A stretch of 63,530 nucleotides of DNA, filler included, from Sphaeroforma arctica JP610 (GCF_001186125.1; 8 parts of 2 records of this genome joined end to end with filler, not necessarily neighbours in it), one strand, 5' to 3'; positions 12,637 to 26,676 are shown, counted from the whole stretch's first letter. Notes: generated by a model not told the origin, from the sequence alone. A program made the numbers and translations.

Positions 12637-14920
12637 NNNNNNNNNNNNNNNNNNNNNNNNNNNNNNNNNNNNNNNNNNNNTTAATTAATTAANNNNNNNN
12701 NNNNNNNNNNNNNNNNNNNNNNNNNNNNNNNNNNNNATACATATATGAACAAATTTAAGAGGAATCTCCGGACGCGTATTATACCATCCGGGCATAATAT
12801 AGACTTTGCTCGGGTTCGAACTTGAACATACCAATACAAAGATCTTTGTATATACGAATTATTGTTTTACGTAACTTGATGCGATAGAAACGCATACACG
12901 TCGCAGGAAGATCAAAACATGAGCGATGTAACTAAAGCACTTATAATTATGCCTACACTATTTAGATTAGCTTCGCGTTTGTTGCAAGTTCGGATTTCGA
13001 GTATGTACCATCAGGCATCAATCATTCGCGGACATATCACTCGCGACTCAAGACCCAAGAGTGGTAAACTTCACCGAAATCTATGGCATTTTTATTTCAT
13101 TTTTTTTTGTTCATCATTCGACCTAAATATATAGATTTATATGGAGAGGAGGCTGAGCCGCAAAGAGCTACGAGGTATTTGAGAAATATAGGTATGTCAA
13201 TCCATCGTCTAGTAGTTGACTTATGCTCATTGCATACACCTTATTTTAACAACAAACACTAGACATTAAACAAAGAAGGTGTTTCCAGTAACTTGGCAGC
13301 TCTGTTGTTGAGTTTTTCCTCATAGTAGTAAAGACGTGAGGGATGCTCACGACATCTGCTGTCTTAAAATGCAAAAAAATTTCTACTTTATATTCGATTA
13401 CAGTGTATCGGTAATTCGTTATATATATAGTGCTTCCATGTTTCTGCTACAGCGAACCGCAGCGTTTACCTAATAACGCGTGTGCGTAAAGGCCAAAGAT
13501 TCTGATATAAATATCTAGTCAATATCAGTCGACTCTTTAGTCTCTACGCACGCGCTCACCGCTTTTTCAAACCAATCTTTTCAAAGAACGTAATAATATA
13601 GAGATAATAAACATAGGGGTTTTTTTTAAATGTGTTGGATGCACAATTCTACTCGTGCAAGTGGTTTCGGATGCTTATTGCTTGTGTGGCCCACAATTCT
13701 AAATTCACAAACATATTAGAACTTCAGTCACATATTTGCTCCATTACTACAATAAAGGTCAACGGCAAAGATTCATTTTTTAAATATATATTAAAAAATA
13801 ATAATTGAACTATATGTATTTACACACCTTCGGCTTCTACAACTAGTCTTCTACCCTTTGCTGCGTGCTGATTTTCTGCTACTAGTTTTTTATGTTTATG
13901 AGTCTGATGCGATAAAAAGTCATAGGGAAAATACATAGTCTTCTACATTGACAAAGGCTATGGAAAAAAGATTTTTTTTATAGAATGTTCTTTTTTAGGA
14001 GGCTATGCCGTCATTGCCGTGTGATTTTTTTTTTCTCAAAATAGTTCTACCACTAGCACGCAATCATATTCGTAAAAAGGTAGCAACGTAATATCATATT
14101 TCATCTTGTGGCATATCGAGCCAGAGAAAAATGGTGACGTACGCGCTGTATACGAAAGATAATATCGCATCTTCTCTAGAATAATAGAAATATCAAATTT
14201 TGAAACCGGTTGAGAACTGGAGACCACTCTCAAATGGGGAGAGATCACCGATTCACCGGTGAGTCGGTGACTGGTGCGTAGCACTCGAAAATGGAGTCTG
14301 GGACGGTGAGACCAGAATGAGACATCGATATTCGATACGGGGCCCCCAGGGATGACACGGGTCGGAGACTCGGAGCCAAAATCACAGATGCAGAGTTTGT
14401 TACGTCATGTACCAATTTGGATGAATATATAAATACATATATATATATATATATGATTTTTACGAACACCAATCACCAACGCCGACACCCGACCGACTTC
14501 TACCGACCACCGAGGTTCGAGTATTATGCCTTATAAAGTTCTCTGAACCACTCTCAACTGAGTCTACTCTCTCCTATTAGCGGGTTGCATTTTATTAAAT
14601 TTCGACAATGAAAATCGGCTTTTTGTCCCAAATTTAGCCAATATTCGAAAACAATAGCCGATCTTCCAATTAAAGAATATTTTGCGCAATAATATAATAA
14701 AACTGGAGTATAATATACTACATGTGATGTTTGGTACAAACTGATCTCTAGACAAAAATGTTCATAGTAAAAAAGGCACTCACGACAGACACGTATTTTT
14801 TTTTTAATCACAAACCAAAAAAAGACCAAAAAAGTAAACATGTATTTGATACATATGCAGATACCGTACGCTTCCTCACTGTCAATAGTCTAATATACAT
14901 ACAATGTCAGGTGCGTTTGA

Positions 14921-15256
14921 TTGTGTGAGCGTGTGTGCGGGTGTACGTGTGTGCGTGTGTGCGTGTGTGCGTGTGTGCGTGTGTGCGTGTGTGCGTGTGT
15001 GCGTGTGTGCGTGTGTGCGTGTGTGCGTGTGTGCGTGTGTGCGGGTGTGCGGTGTGCGTGTGTGCGTGTGTGCGTGTGTGCGTGTATGCGCGTGTGTGTG
15101 TGTGTGTGTGTTTGTGCGTGTGTGCGTGCGTGTGTGCGTGCGTGCGTGCGTGCGTGCGTTCGTGTGTGCGTGCATGCGTGCGTGCATACGTGCATACGTG
15201 CATAGGTACGTACGTTTATCGTGTGTGCGTTTTTGCGTGTGCGTGCTTGTGTGTGC
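14921..15256. repeat. (GT)/(GCGT) compound microsatellite
   Basis: GTGTGCGT-type runs, which explain the low-complexity ORFs in all frames. Confidence 0.95.
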
Positions 15257-15827
15257 ACACGCACACGCACATGTGAATTAACATTTGAATTTGCATTTGC
15301 GTATGCATGTGCATTTGCATGCGCATGCAGTTATGCGCGCTTGTACTCTACAATCCGAGCATTTGGGACGTTTTTTAATATCAATTTTTATATTGGGGTT
15401 TAAGTTGTATATGTTGCATTGTATATATGGCATACATGAAGTTTAGAAGTAGTAAGTGCTGCGTAAGTCGTATAACAGTGCGTATGCATTTGTCAAGCGT
15501 GCTGAGTACTAGCGCAGAAGCTTTCAAACGCGTACAAAAGTAAATGTCCTTTTGGGAATCATACATCGTACCCTCATTACGGCGCACTTTTCAATTTCGC
15601 CCTTACTGATATATTTACCGGACCTTTTTCCTGGTATCTCATTGACTCGTGCATAGAAGCTTGTTTCTGGCATCCCATTGACATATGCAGCTTTGGAAGC
15701 TCGTTGTTGGTATCGAATAAGAGTATGTCTATAAAAGCGCATCTTTGGTAATCTAAGCGCCCCATTACCTTCACAATCCCACCTGAATAAGAAATCGGTT
15801 TAACATAATATTGTCTTCTGCCATCCC

Positions 15828-18800
15828 ATGACAGACGAAGCCTTTGTAACACTAGTCGCCAGCGACAACTATGTCCTGGGTGGCCTGACCCTAGCGTACT
15901 CGCTGAGGGAGACCAACACACAGCGCAAACTAGTGTGCCTAGTCACCCACAAGGTGTCGCAGACCATTAGGTATGTAAACGTGCTCATCATGTTCATATG
16001 CTGATTAATGGGTGTTCTCACGAGTATTTTTAACGTGCTTATCTTCATATGCGTACTATACAGTGTGCCGCACTGTTATTGTTTGATGTCTGTTGCTTTC
16101 AAAACTGATTAAATGTGAGATCCAGTTCTACTACCGGTTCGTCGTAGGCGTTTAGAGCTACGGGGGCGAATGGATTGCGAACCACTTGTTACGTCTGCTG
16201 TGTAGATTGTGTATTCTCAGATGCAACTGTTTCCGAGTCAAAGTCATATGACCTTTTGCCTGCTTTCTGTTGTCGACCGAAAGGTGTGTGTAATTTTATC
16301 CGCAGATGCATGCATAGGCTCATTTGCCTTGTATAACTCTTGCGAGTGCATCCGTCTACCTACGCGTGAGGTGTACAAGCCTACTTGTGCTAGTTTGCGG
16401 TACTGTTATGGTGGCCGAACCCCTGTCTAAGTCGCGAGCGGCACAACTACTACCTGCCCCAAATAATAAGGAGATAGATAAAGTGCAAGCTCAAGCACAT
16501 GCACACGGTCTAATTTCAATCCATAATTTGGAACTCTGTAGAGACCGCCTGGCAGCCGCCTTTGACGAGGTTGTAGCCGTGTCCGAGCTCAACAGTAACG
16601 ATTCCGTTAACCTGGATCTGCTGTGCCGTCCTGAGCTCGGCATCACCTTCACCAAACTGTTCATCTGGAAGTTGACTCAGTACAAGAAGACTGTCTTCCT
16701 GGACGCCGACACACTTGTATTGAAGGTGTGCATTTGTTGGTTTTGTATTGTTTAGTTCTGCTTTTGATTTATGTATTGTGAGCGTGTCCCATGCGTGATG
16801 TCGTCGGTGTGCTACGCCGTATTTACGTACGTCAACTGTACAGTCACTATACAATAACAATCGATATATTTCTTGTCCGCTATAGCCTTTCCATGCGCTT
16901 TGAGTTTGCATTTTCAACACTGCATTCGTTGTTGTACCGCGAGTGTGTGATCCTCGAATTCGATTCATTCACATCACTATAGTTCGCTTTCGAACCACAC
17001 GAGTGTCTAAGCATAGCGCCGCGAGAGAAAATTATCTTGCGTCTCCATGCATGTGATAGGTACACCTCTGGCACTGTATATGAGCGTCTGGCACTTCTGT
17101 GAAATGCACTCAGTGATTGAGAGGTGCCCAGTCGAACGAATTTAGCAACTGCACCGAGTACCGTCTAGTCACCTTTATCGGCTCTAGGAATACTCACCTG
17201 TTCCGAAGTTTCCGGCCTTGTTGCATTAATCCTATCGCGTATGTAGCGCGTCGCACTATCACTTGCTAAACTGTATGCATACACCATTATTTCTGTTTTT
17301 AGAACGTCGACGAGCTTTTCGACCGCGAGGAGTTCAGTGCGGCGCCCGATGTCGGATGGCCCGATTGCTTTAACTCAGGAGTGTTTGTGTGTGTACCGAA
17401 CCTAGACACATTCCACGAGCTCGTGGAGTTGTCTGAGAACACAGGTAGTTTCGATGGGGGTGACCAGGGTCTGCTTAACGAGTATTTCTGCGACTGGAGC
17501 ACCAAGGATATCCACAAGCACTTGCCGTTTGTATTTAACCTGAACGCCAACGCTACGTACTTCTACGCCCCCGCTTACAAACGGTAATAATAGACACCTG
17601 TGTTTATATATATATATATATATATATATTAGATTTTCAATGATATTTGGATCTTTGTGATAAGAGTGTACGACCGCTAAAGTAGTCTGAAAAGGGTTTC
17701 ATGATGGGTGCGGCGTGTAAAATATTTTTTGTGTCTATTTCGTTGGTATGAAAGTGAACGATCAATTATATGTATGTAGAGTATGTATGTGTATTTATAT
17801 GCATATTCATGTGTATATATGGATATAAGTGCATATTTATAAAGCTATATATATGTAAATATATATACACACACATATATATATATACATATATTTATAC
17901 ATATATATAACATCTTAATACAATATAAATATATATATATGTATATATATACATATACATATATATATATATACACATATACATATACATATATGTTTAT
18001 ATAGGCATATATTTATATTGTATTAAGATGTTTATGTGTTTTTCATAATTGTATAAATGTATATAGAGCACACGTACGTGGAGTGAGATAATCAATGTCT
18101 GCGTGAATTAACCAGGGCATTGTAAATGTTCTCGTGAGAAACCGTTGTCACAAATATTACTTCGCGTGTTTGCTAGATGATGACACCTTGCTTCATAATA
18201 TCTTTCTCCAGCTATGGCAAGGACGCCAAGATTGTGCACTTCATCGGTGCGGCAAAGCCTTGGATGCACGCACGTGACGCTAATGGAGTGCTGCACGCAG
18301 ACAATGCTGAACACCTTGTGGAGCATTTGGATCTGTGGTGGGCCTGCCATGACAGACATGTTCAGGACATCAACTTGGTATGTGTTGAAGCGATTGCCCG
18401 AGAGTCTTTGTCGGGTTAGAGGTGGGAGAGGGATGTGAATATATTTGTAAGGGATGCGGTAGTAGCTGTTTGGGTGTGAAGTTGTGATACGATTTTACGT
18501 GCGAAAAAGTACGCATACATAAACGTATATCGATTCAAATACATATTAACAAGTGGGTTTCACAACAATACAGTGTACATTCTTTCAGAAAGACATTGTG
18601 CAAGTCACAGCTTATTATGAATGTCTGGCAAGCGACGCATGCCAACTTATATGACCTTGTTTATGGTTTCCAAGTCACATCGCAAAAATGCATCTTATAA
18701 CCCCATTCCTTTTCAATTCGTGTACCACACTCACCCAATATCTACCCTCAGCACCAATTCCAGTGCAAACCGACTACTTCATTTCTAGACTACCCATATA

Positions 18801-20498
18801 TACATTCCTTCCCTACACAGCCTGAAATGTTCTACCCCAAAGTACACGTATACCGTACCACTTCCTTTCTAGACTATCCTATATATTCATTCCTTCCCTA
18901 CTACNNNNNNNNNNNNNNNNNNNNNNNNNNNNNNNNNNNNNNNNNNNNNNNNNNNNNNNNNNNNNNNNNNNNNNNNNNNNNNNNNNNNNNNNNNNNNNNN
19001 NNNNNNNNNNNNNNNNNNNNNNNNNNNNNNNNNNNNNNNNNNNNNNNNNNNNNNNNNNNNNNNNNNNNNNNNNNNNNNNNNNNNNNNNNNNNNNNNNNNN
19101 NNNNNNNNNNNNNNNNNNNNNNNNNNNNNNNNNNNNNNNNNNNNNNNNNNNNNNNNNNNNNNNNNNNNNNNNNNNNNNNNNNNNNNNNNNNNNNNNNNNN
19201 NNNNNNNNNNNNNNNNNNNNNNNNNNNNNNNNNNNNNNNNNNNNNNNNNNNNNNNNNNNNNNNNNNNNNNNNNNNNNNNNNNNNNNNNNNNNNNNNNNNN
19301 NNNNNNNNNNNNNNNNNNNNNNNNNNNNNNNNNNNNNNNNNNNNNNNNNNNNNNNNNNNNNNNNNNNNNNNNNNNNNNNNNNNNNNNNNNNNNNNNNNNN
19401 NNNNNNNNNNNNNNNNNNNNNNNNNNNNNNNNNNNNNNNNNNNNNNNNNNNNNNNNNNNNNNNNNNNNNNNNNNNNNNNNNNNNNNNNNNNNNNNNNNNN
19501 NNNNNNNNNNNNNNNNNNNNNNNNNNNNNNNNNNNNNNNNNNNNNNNNNNNNNNNNNNNNNNNNNNNNNNNNNNNNNNNNNNNNNNNNNNNNNNNNNNNN
19601 NNNNNNNNNNNNNNNNNNNNNNNNNNNNNNNNNNNNNNNNNNNNNNNNNNNNNNNNNNNNNNNNNNNNNNNNNNNNNNNNNNNNNNNNNNNNNNNNNNNN
19701 NNNNNNNNNNNNNNNNNNNNNNNNNNNNNNNNNNNNNNNNNNNNNNNNNNNNNNNNNNNNNNNNNNNNNNNNNNNNNNNNNNNNNNNNGCAAACCGACTA
19801 CTTCATTTCTAGACTACCCATATATACATTCCTTCCCTACACAGCCTGAAATGTTCTACCCCAAAGTACACGTATACCGACCACTTCCTTTCTAGACTAT
19901 CCATATATTCATTCCTTCCCTACACAGCCTGAAATGTTCTACCCCAAAGTACACGTATAGCGACTACTTCCTTTCTAGACTACCCATATATACATTCCTT
20001 CCCTACACAGCCTGAAATGTTCTACCCCAAAGTACACGTATATTTATCAATATATGCTAATTTTTCACACCTACCTATCTACATTTTTTAATTTCTCCAC
20101 CACCAACAACCATTTGGTCTACTTTATTCACACCCACCTATGTATACCTTTATCCTCGCACTGACCCATGCATACCTGTGTATCCTCATACACAGCCCCA
20201 ATCCTTCTACCCCGAAGAATACGTGCCGTCCGCAAGCGCTGGTCGCCAGCAGTTTAGTACACAGTGGTACGGAGGTGTGGCCAGTCACTCGTCATCACAC
20301 TCCACACAACCCCCAGCCAGTGGCTTCGCAGCCATTGAGGCTAAGCTGAACGAGGCCATGGGTGGCAAGAGGGAGTACAAGCAGGCGTCACCCACAACCG
20401 GAGCCCAGAATTCCGGGGGTAAGGTACCCGCGGCTGGGCTAAGTGAGGAGCTCGAGTCCAAGGTGGTGCTCAAGAAGAAGCCCGAGGAGAGTGCATGA
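15828..20498 (+). CDS. GYG: Glycogenin (GT8 self-glucosylating glycogen initiator)
   Basis: In-frame GT-AG exons: 15828-15970 ([18 protein letters not shown]), 16542-16725 ([32 protein letters not shown], DxD motif), 17303-17583 ([18 protein letters not shown]...[14 protein letters not shown]...[10 protein letters not shown], acceptor-Tyr region), 18212-18377 ([12 protein letters not shown]) and 20196-20498 ([13 protein letters not shown]). Further exons could lie in gap 18905-19788. Confidence 0.96.
18771..20042. repeat. 83-bp intronic minisatellite flanking gap 18905-19788
   Basis: Unit CGACTACTTC.TTTCTAGACTACCCATATATACATTCCTTCCCTACACAGCCTGAAATGTTCTACCCCAAAGTACACGTATAC at 18771, 19795, 19878 and 19961. 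Confidence 0.9.
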
Positions 20499-21224
20499 AA
20501 AGTTTCGGTAGGTGGGTTCAGTGATGAATGAATCAATCAATCGTGAGTTCATGAGTGTGTTGTAGGTAAGGACATGCATACAAACATCCATACGAACACG
20601 AAGGAACGAATAAGATCTGAGAGATGATATATGGACGGCGAGTGTAGACACTGGAACCCCTGAGTGAATGCAGAGCATGGTCAGTGACTGCCTATATTGG
20701 GATATCAGATCTGCACGACTTGCGATTGGGATAGTGCTTTGTACATTAAAAAAGGGGTGTCAATGTAAAGGAAGGAAAATAGTATCGTGTACACGAGCAA
20801 CAAAAATTTAAAATTAATATATCGAAATGGATAATTATGGTTAAGCACGAAGAAACATCTATATATATATACATATACATATACGTATACGCATATAATA
20901 TATATTATATATATATGTATGCATATATATATATATATATATCGCCTTTAATTTTCAGCCATATCCAGGTCACCGGGAATTAGATTGGTTCTGATCATAC
21001 TCGCATTCATTCAGACTGATAAATTCTAACGATTGAACTTATTGGAATCGTGACCATACAACAGGCACACTACATAGTTGGAATATTGAGAACTTATACA
21101 CGTTTTACAAAGTGGATGTCGAAATATATCTACCATGACGGTTGCGTGCAAAATCGATACACTTTCACTCCTTATCGGCTTTTGCACATACTCATTTTGT
21201 ATCGCTGTGTACTATATTTCGTAG

Positions 21225-21809
21225 GGGAGGACTTCTGACTCGCAGCCGTCGCGGTCGTTACAGCCGTCGCGGTCGTTACAGCCGTCCCAGTTGTCACAGT
21301 CGACACAGTGGTCACAGGCGTCTCAGCCGTTACAGTTATATCAGTTGTCACAGCCGTCCCAGTTGTCACAGCTGTCTCAGCAGCCATCACAGACTTCTCA
21401 GTCGTCGCAGCTGTCTCAGCAGCCATCACAGACGTCTCAGCCGGTGTATGACTTTTCGGTTGTTATGGCGACTCTGAACCAAAGCATTCGCCCCAGCTAC
21501 ACCCGCACACAGAACCCGAAAGGCACAGATCGTGAACGACGGCTGTCGTACCACTTTGAGCCGATTGAACAAAGCTTGTCGGATACCATGCGCATGTGGG
21601 CACAGGAGGATCGCGTCACGGTGCAACGTGCGCGTGCTAAAGCGCGCGAGAGGAGACGCTTGGAAACGTTGCAGTTTGGTGATGGTGAGGCTGACATCAT
21701 GGGCCGTGGTCGGCGAGTGAGTGAGGTGGATGTCAAGAGGGCCGTGTTTTGCTGTGATCGGTGTTGGGACTGTGCGAATTGTAATGGGGGGCGGAAGGGT
21801 CTGAGTTAG
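21225..21809 (+). CDS. Candidate alternative terminal exon of glycogenin (SQPSQL repeats plus glycogenin-like C-terminal motifs)
   Basis: Pyrimidine-rich acceptor ...TATTTCGTAG|GGG at 21224, phase 0, open to TAG at 21809. It contains ERRRLETLQFGDGEADIMG and HFEPIEQSLSDTM. Confidence 0.55.
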   Translation, partial: GRTSDSQPSRSLQPSRSLQPSQLSQSTQWSQASQPLQLYQLSQPSQLSQLSQQPSQTSQSSQLSQQPSQTSQPVYDFSVVMATLNQSIRPSYTRTQNPKGTDRERRLSYHFEPIEQSLSDTMRMWAQEDRVTVQRARAKARERRRLETLQFGDGEADIMGRGRRVSEVDVKRAVFCCDRCWDCANCNGGRKGLS

Positions 21810-23559
21810 CGGGGTTTGTAGTGAAGCTTGGGCGACCTTGCGAAACTATGGCATAGTGCGTGTATATAAAGTATGATATATATATATGTATATATATATA
21901 CTGGTGTACACAGCTAGGGTTGTCGTTGGGCGAGATTGCTTTCCTATTTTATGACATCCTGTGCTACGCTAGCTCAGAATAGTGGGTTATCCTCCCTGGA
22001 AATTCGGAATTTAGCTTTATACATATTGAAATGACCTAAAATGGCCTCAGTGCCAAATAAAAATAATCTAACAAATAGCATGCTTAGCTCCAATCGCCAG
22101 CTCTCAAGCTGGCTAATGGCTGTTATCTGACCACAGATTCAATACATACTAGAACCTGCTTCAGTAAGGGTTAAATGTAAGATCTTATTCATGCGCTGCG
22201 ATTCCTGCGGCTATAGTGATTGATGTGTCGTACTGCACCCCTTGTGCGGAATGATGTCAGCTGATATTGGCTTTTTTATGGTCTGGGGCTTGATTCAGAG
22301 AAACTACTACGGTTTGATCGACTCAACTTGATGTGGAAAAGGAGAGATCGATCAATCTAGCAGATATACTTCATTGTTAAGTTGTCGCCGGATATGAGCT
22401 GGGGTTTTTTATGTAACACTGCTTTCTTTAAAAATAATAATATATATAGTTGCCCGCTCTACTGAAACCATTTCTTACAATACTGATGCACCTACTGCCA
22501 CGAATCCGAGCTTGCCTTGACCCCTAAAACCATAGCCTTCTAAAAACAAAGAGAGAGCTATGTTAAAACGATCCGAATTTATTCTAATGCATACATTGGT
22601 TGGTTGTTTATTTGCCGAAGGCCACTTCCTTCGGGGGTTTTTTATCAATGATCCGGCCGCGATTTGCAGGCAATTACCATTGGTAGCTTAGTACTGATAC
22701 CATTTCTTACTGTGCGGATGGCCCGAACTTCGAACAAATCGCAAACTGTACTGCAGCTGCATGTACCACTTCCTCCCAGAATGCTCACGAATAGCGCTCT
22801 CGTCCTTGCAGCGCTTTGAATGTATCCTTGTTATCTATACTTAATCCCAAGGGTGTCAATGATTAGTAGCAGTACTGCATTCGGCATAGCCGTGCTACAC
22901 CTGTATTGTTGCCGACGTTGCCCTGTGGCAGTGCAAATCGTGTAATCCAGCGCTGCTGTAATTCTAGTATTGTCACCAGTGATTCCACAAGGCAATGTGT
23001 GTATATCTGCTAAGATCAAGAATGGCCAGTATGATAATATCTATAGTGAATAGTCACCCTACGGCCATCCGGTAGTTTCCATTGGAGCCAGAACCTCACA
23101 GTCATCTATGGCAAACCCCCTGTCATATCAAGCCAGCATACAGACTACTAGGTCACAGGACGCATCATATCAATAGAAACATGGGACGTACATCTCGCTC
23201 CTCTGAGAAATCATCCTCCCTTACGAAGTTGTACTATCATTTCAGCGTGAACAACTCGTTCTTCGGGCCGACAACGCCAACTCATCCGTGAACATAACGA
23301 GACTAGCAGGCCACTTTGGCGTGGTACATAAGCAAATGCCTCCTTTCCCATGAATAGGTAATTGTATTTTCCTGTATGTTTGTCCGGCTGGATCCTGAGT
23401 TTTACTTGGCACAACTGGTTGACTTCAAGACAGAAGCGAGGTTCGTTGACCGGAAGTGCCTACTTGATACGTGCCGATAACTACCAAGAAAGTAGCCAAG
23501 CACGTAAGCCTGGTAAGCTGTAAAGAGCTTCAAAAGAGCACAAGTACTCGTGTAGCGAG

Positions 23560-26180
23560 CCACCTGATCAGTTGAGCAACAACACGAGGAAAACCACCAG
23601 CACCAGCACTACCATGAACGGCGCGAGTGTGCTAATCATTTCTGCTCGCCTGAGATGAGAGTGAGGAGGATTAAGTAAAAAATAAACAAGGAAGGCAAAA
23701 AAATGTGCATATAGAAGTGAGGAAAACTCTGCAGACATATATACGAACTGGGCAAGAAGGGTGGTCCTTGCACACATATGAACGGAATAGGCCAAGCGAC
23801 ACCCAACACATAGAGACAGGCACATGCTTATACGGCTGAATAAGGAAGAAAAAAATGGGATGCCACAGGATAACATTATGTTCGGGAAGGGGCCCATTTC
23901 AGTATGTGCGACTCGGACATACTAAAAAGCTTATGCAGGCTTAATTACAGATTGAACGCAAATCCGGTTAATTAAGATGATAATAGAATAGCACAGGATC
24001 ACTGCTTCAGAAGGTGGCTATTTTAGTATGTGCGAATGAGCTTATATACAGGCTCAAATACAGACTAAAGGCAAAATGAACATACTCACAACACTCCTAG
24101 AGGAAGAAAGAAAGAATGAAAATTCACATTGAGAATGATTGGGACCAGCTACATAAATAAAGATGAGCGGAGAAACAAGAGACCGATGGACCAATGACTT
24201 TCAGCAACGTATTTTCATCCCAAACAAATTCTACCTACAACAATCAGTAGGGCACTACTATCAAAAGGTGTATATCAAATAACAGACTTGAGAAGACGGT
24301 ACGGGGTGACTACACAGAGCCGCAGAGCCTAAATATGCACTCGCATTCGCGAATAGCGACATATGGTGCACTAACTGATCGCACTCACCGCTATGGCAAA
24401 CCCCAATACCCAACTGCAGGAAGATATAACATTCACTTGCCACAAATACAACCTCATTTATACTGAAAATATCTACTATTAGTACGACACAGATCATTCT
24501 ATTGCACACACACCGTCACCGGAACGATATGATGGATGTTCAAATACGCGACAACTCACCCTACGAAGTGGCCCTCCCGTACAAATAGCCAAGCCACCTT
24601 GAACATGTTCCAATCGTCACGGCCTTCGTATAGCATACGGTTCAGACAACACGCCACGTGGGAATGGCAATTCTGCAGGAAGAGATTGTGCTGTACGACA
24701 CAAGGGATCACGATTAAAAAAGAATCAGGACCGAAGTTTAAGTAGGGACCATTTTTTAAAGGAGGGCAGTAGACTGCAAAAGCACTCTGCGATATGCAAG
24801 TGAGATCGACAGAGATATCTATTCAGCAAGATAGTGTTGTGTCTACAGCACACATTTACATACACACATCTATCAATTGTGAAACAGAAGCTATAGGACT
24901 CCAAATTGATGTGTCGCAATGGTTGTACCTGTTTCTGATTGAAATCGATGGAAATGGTCCTGATGCTCTCATTGTATGTGTAGGTCAAACTACGCACCTT
25001 GGCCGGATCCAATTGCACATACCGTGTAGGACTACCGAACGCCATGTCGTCTTCCTAAAGTGTAATAAAATAATAGGTCAGTTGGCCATCGCCGACAGCA
25101 TTGAAGTCTAATTCAGAGCCAGAACGGTACAAATCGTAAGTGCCCTGGGCAGTAATACAATACACTATTATATACTTGCAATTAGATCACTCGCATATAA
25201 AAACATGGCCATGCTCGAAAGTCTGCGCAAATCTATGTATAGACAGATACCGCCACCGCTACCTATCGCCTACATACACTACTAGGGAGAAAACATCGCG
25301 AATAAACATCCATCGTATTAGGTGTGATTATTTAACTCGATATTTGACTTACGTTGACCATGAAGCTTCCCGCAAAGTCTCGGATGACACCCGTACTACT
25401 GGCGATACCTGTGTGGCCGACGAAGGGCAGGAACCACCTGAGAGTGATGATATCAACCAGTGAGACAAGAGACGTATGTAAGATGACGCAAAACGGAACG
25501 AAAAGCCCAGGGGAGAGGAAAAGGGGGTTGAAAAAGCCGTTGTGCGGTTTACAGGAGAGTTACGATTAAATATTTTTCATTCAAGACAGAGATCGACAGA
25601 ACTAATTGATACATCAAGAGCGAGGAAAAGGAATATCCAGAGAGACGAATGGGGAGCACACGAGCTTGGTGTCTACACGGAAATAATTGAAGCATGTATA
25701 GTTTCCTGTAGAGGGAACAAGATACAAATGTATTTTGTCTCGATGCACAAACACCACTACACGAGCTGTCGTCTATGGAAAGGGAGTCTACAATGATCAA
25801 TAGAGCCATGCCAGAGCATCAGAGCACAGCATCGGCATTGGCATACGGCAGGTACCGATTATTCAAAGCTGCACAGATATCTTACAAGTTGCACATACGT
25901 GATGACAGGCAGTGGAGTCCAGACCAGGCAGAACGGAAATCGCGCAATAGCTGGCTCTATGGGGCCTACGCCCGTATGTGCACCATGGGATACTTGGTGA
26001 CCCTCCGAAGAGTTCTACGACCAGAGGATGAAATCAAGGAGACAATGTATACAATCAGACAAGATGCGGATGCTTTCACTGACAGTGCACAGTTTGAAGG
26101 AGAATTCATTGACAGCACACCGTTTGAAGGAGATGTGCTGGGCATGAGAAAAAAGAAGGACTGTCATGCAATGTAGCTTG
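23560..26180 (+). mobile_element. Highly decayed Ty1/copia-like LTR retrotransposon pol remnant
   Basis: A-rich plus strand with broken frames carrying motif-like pieces in copia order. Integrase-like: IGLQIDVSQWLYLFLIEID, QNG, PWAVIQYTIIYLQ, SIVLG. RT-like: DEWGAHELGVY, SCRGNKIQ, SWLYGA, GDVLGMRKK. No LTR pair identified. Confidence 0.45.
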
Positions 26181-26594
26181 TACAAAGAACAATCCATTCA
26201 CGCATACTCAGCGAGTGTTATAACAGTTCCCCGTGTTCTCAGAGAAGCATTGCGAACATAAAAATGGTAAATTTTCAATGCACTCGGTCACTGTTCCAAA
26301 TTTCAGATAAATGTTTACGTTCTCTAATATGAGAATAGGTAGCAAATTTACACACACACCCACACACACACACACACGCAGACAAAGGCACCCACCTACC
26401 CACCACCATACACACACACACGCNNNNNNNNNNNNNNNNNNNNNNNNNNNNNNNNNNNNNNNNNNNNTTAATTAATTAANNNNNNNNNNNNNNNNNNNNN
26501 NNNNNNNNNNNNNNNNNNNNNNNACGTACGTACGTACGTTACGTTACGTTACGTTACGTTACGTACGTACGTACGTACGTACCGTACCGTACAC

Positions 26595-26676
<82 letters not shown>

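Noticed and set aside
14882..15281. HT/CV-rich ORFs (and YI-rich ORFs elsewhere)
   Set aside because: They are translations of microsatellites.
18827..19849. Long ORFs spanning N runs (also 57999-59609)
   Set aside because: These are artefacts of translating gaps.
20521..20620. C/D box snoRNA (GTGATGA...CTGA)
   Set aside because: There is no convincing terminal stem or recognisable rRNA-antisense element.
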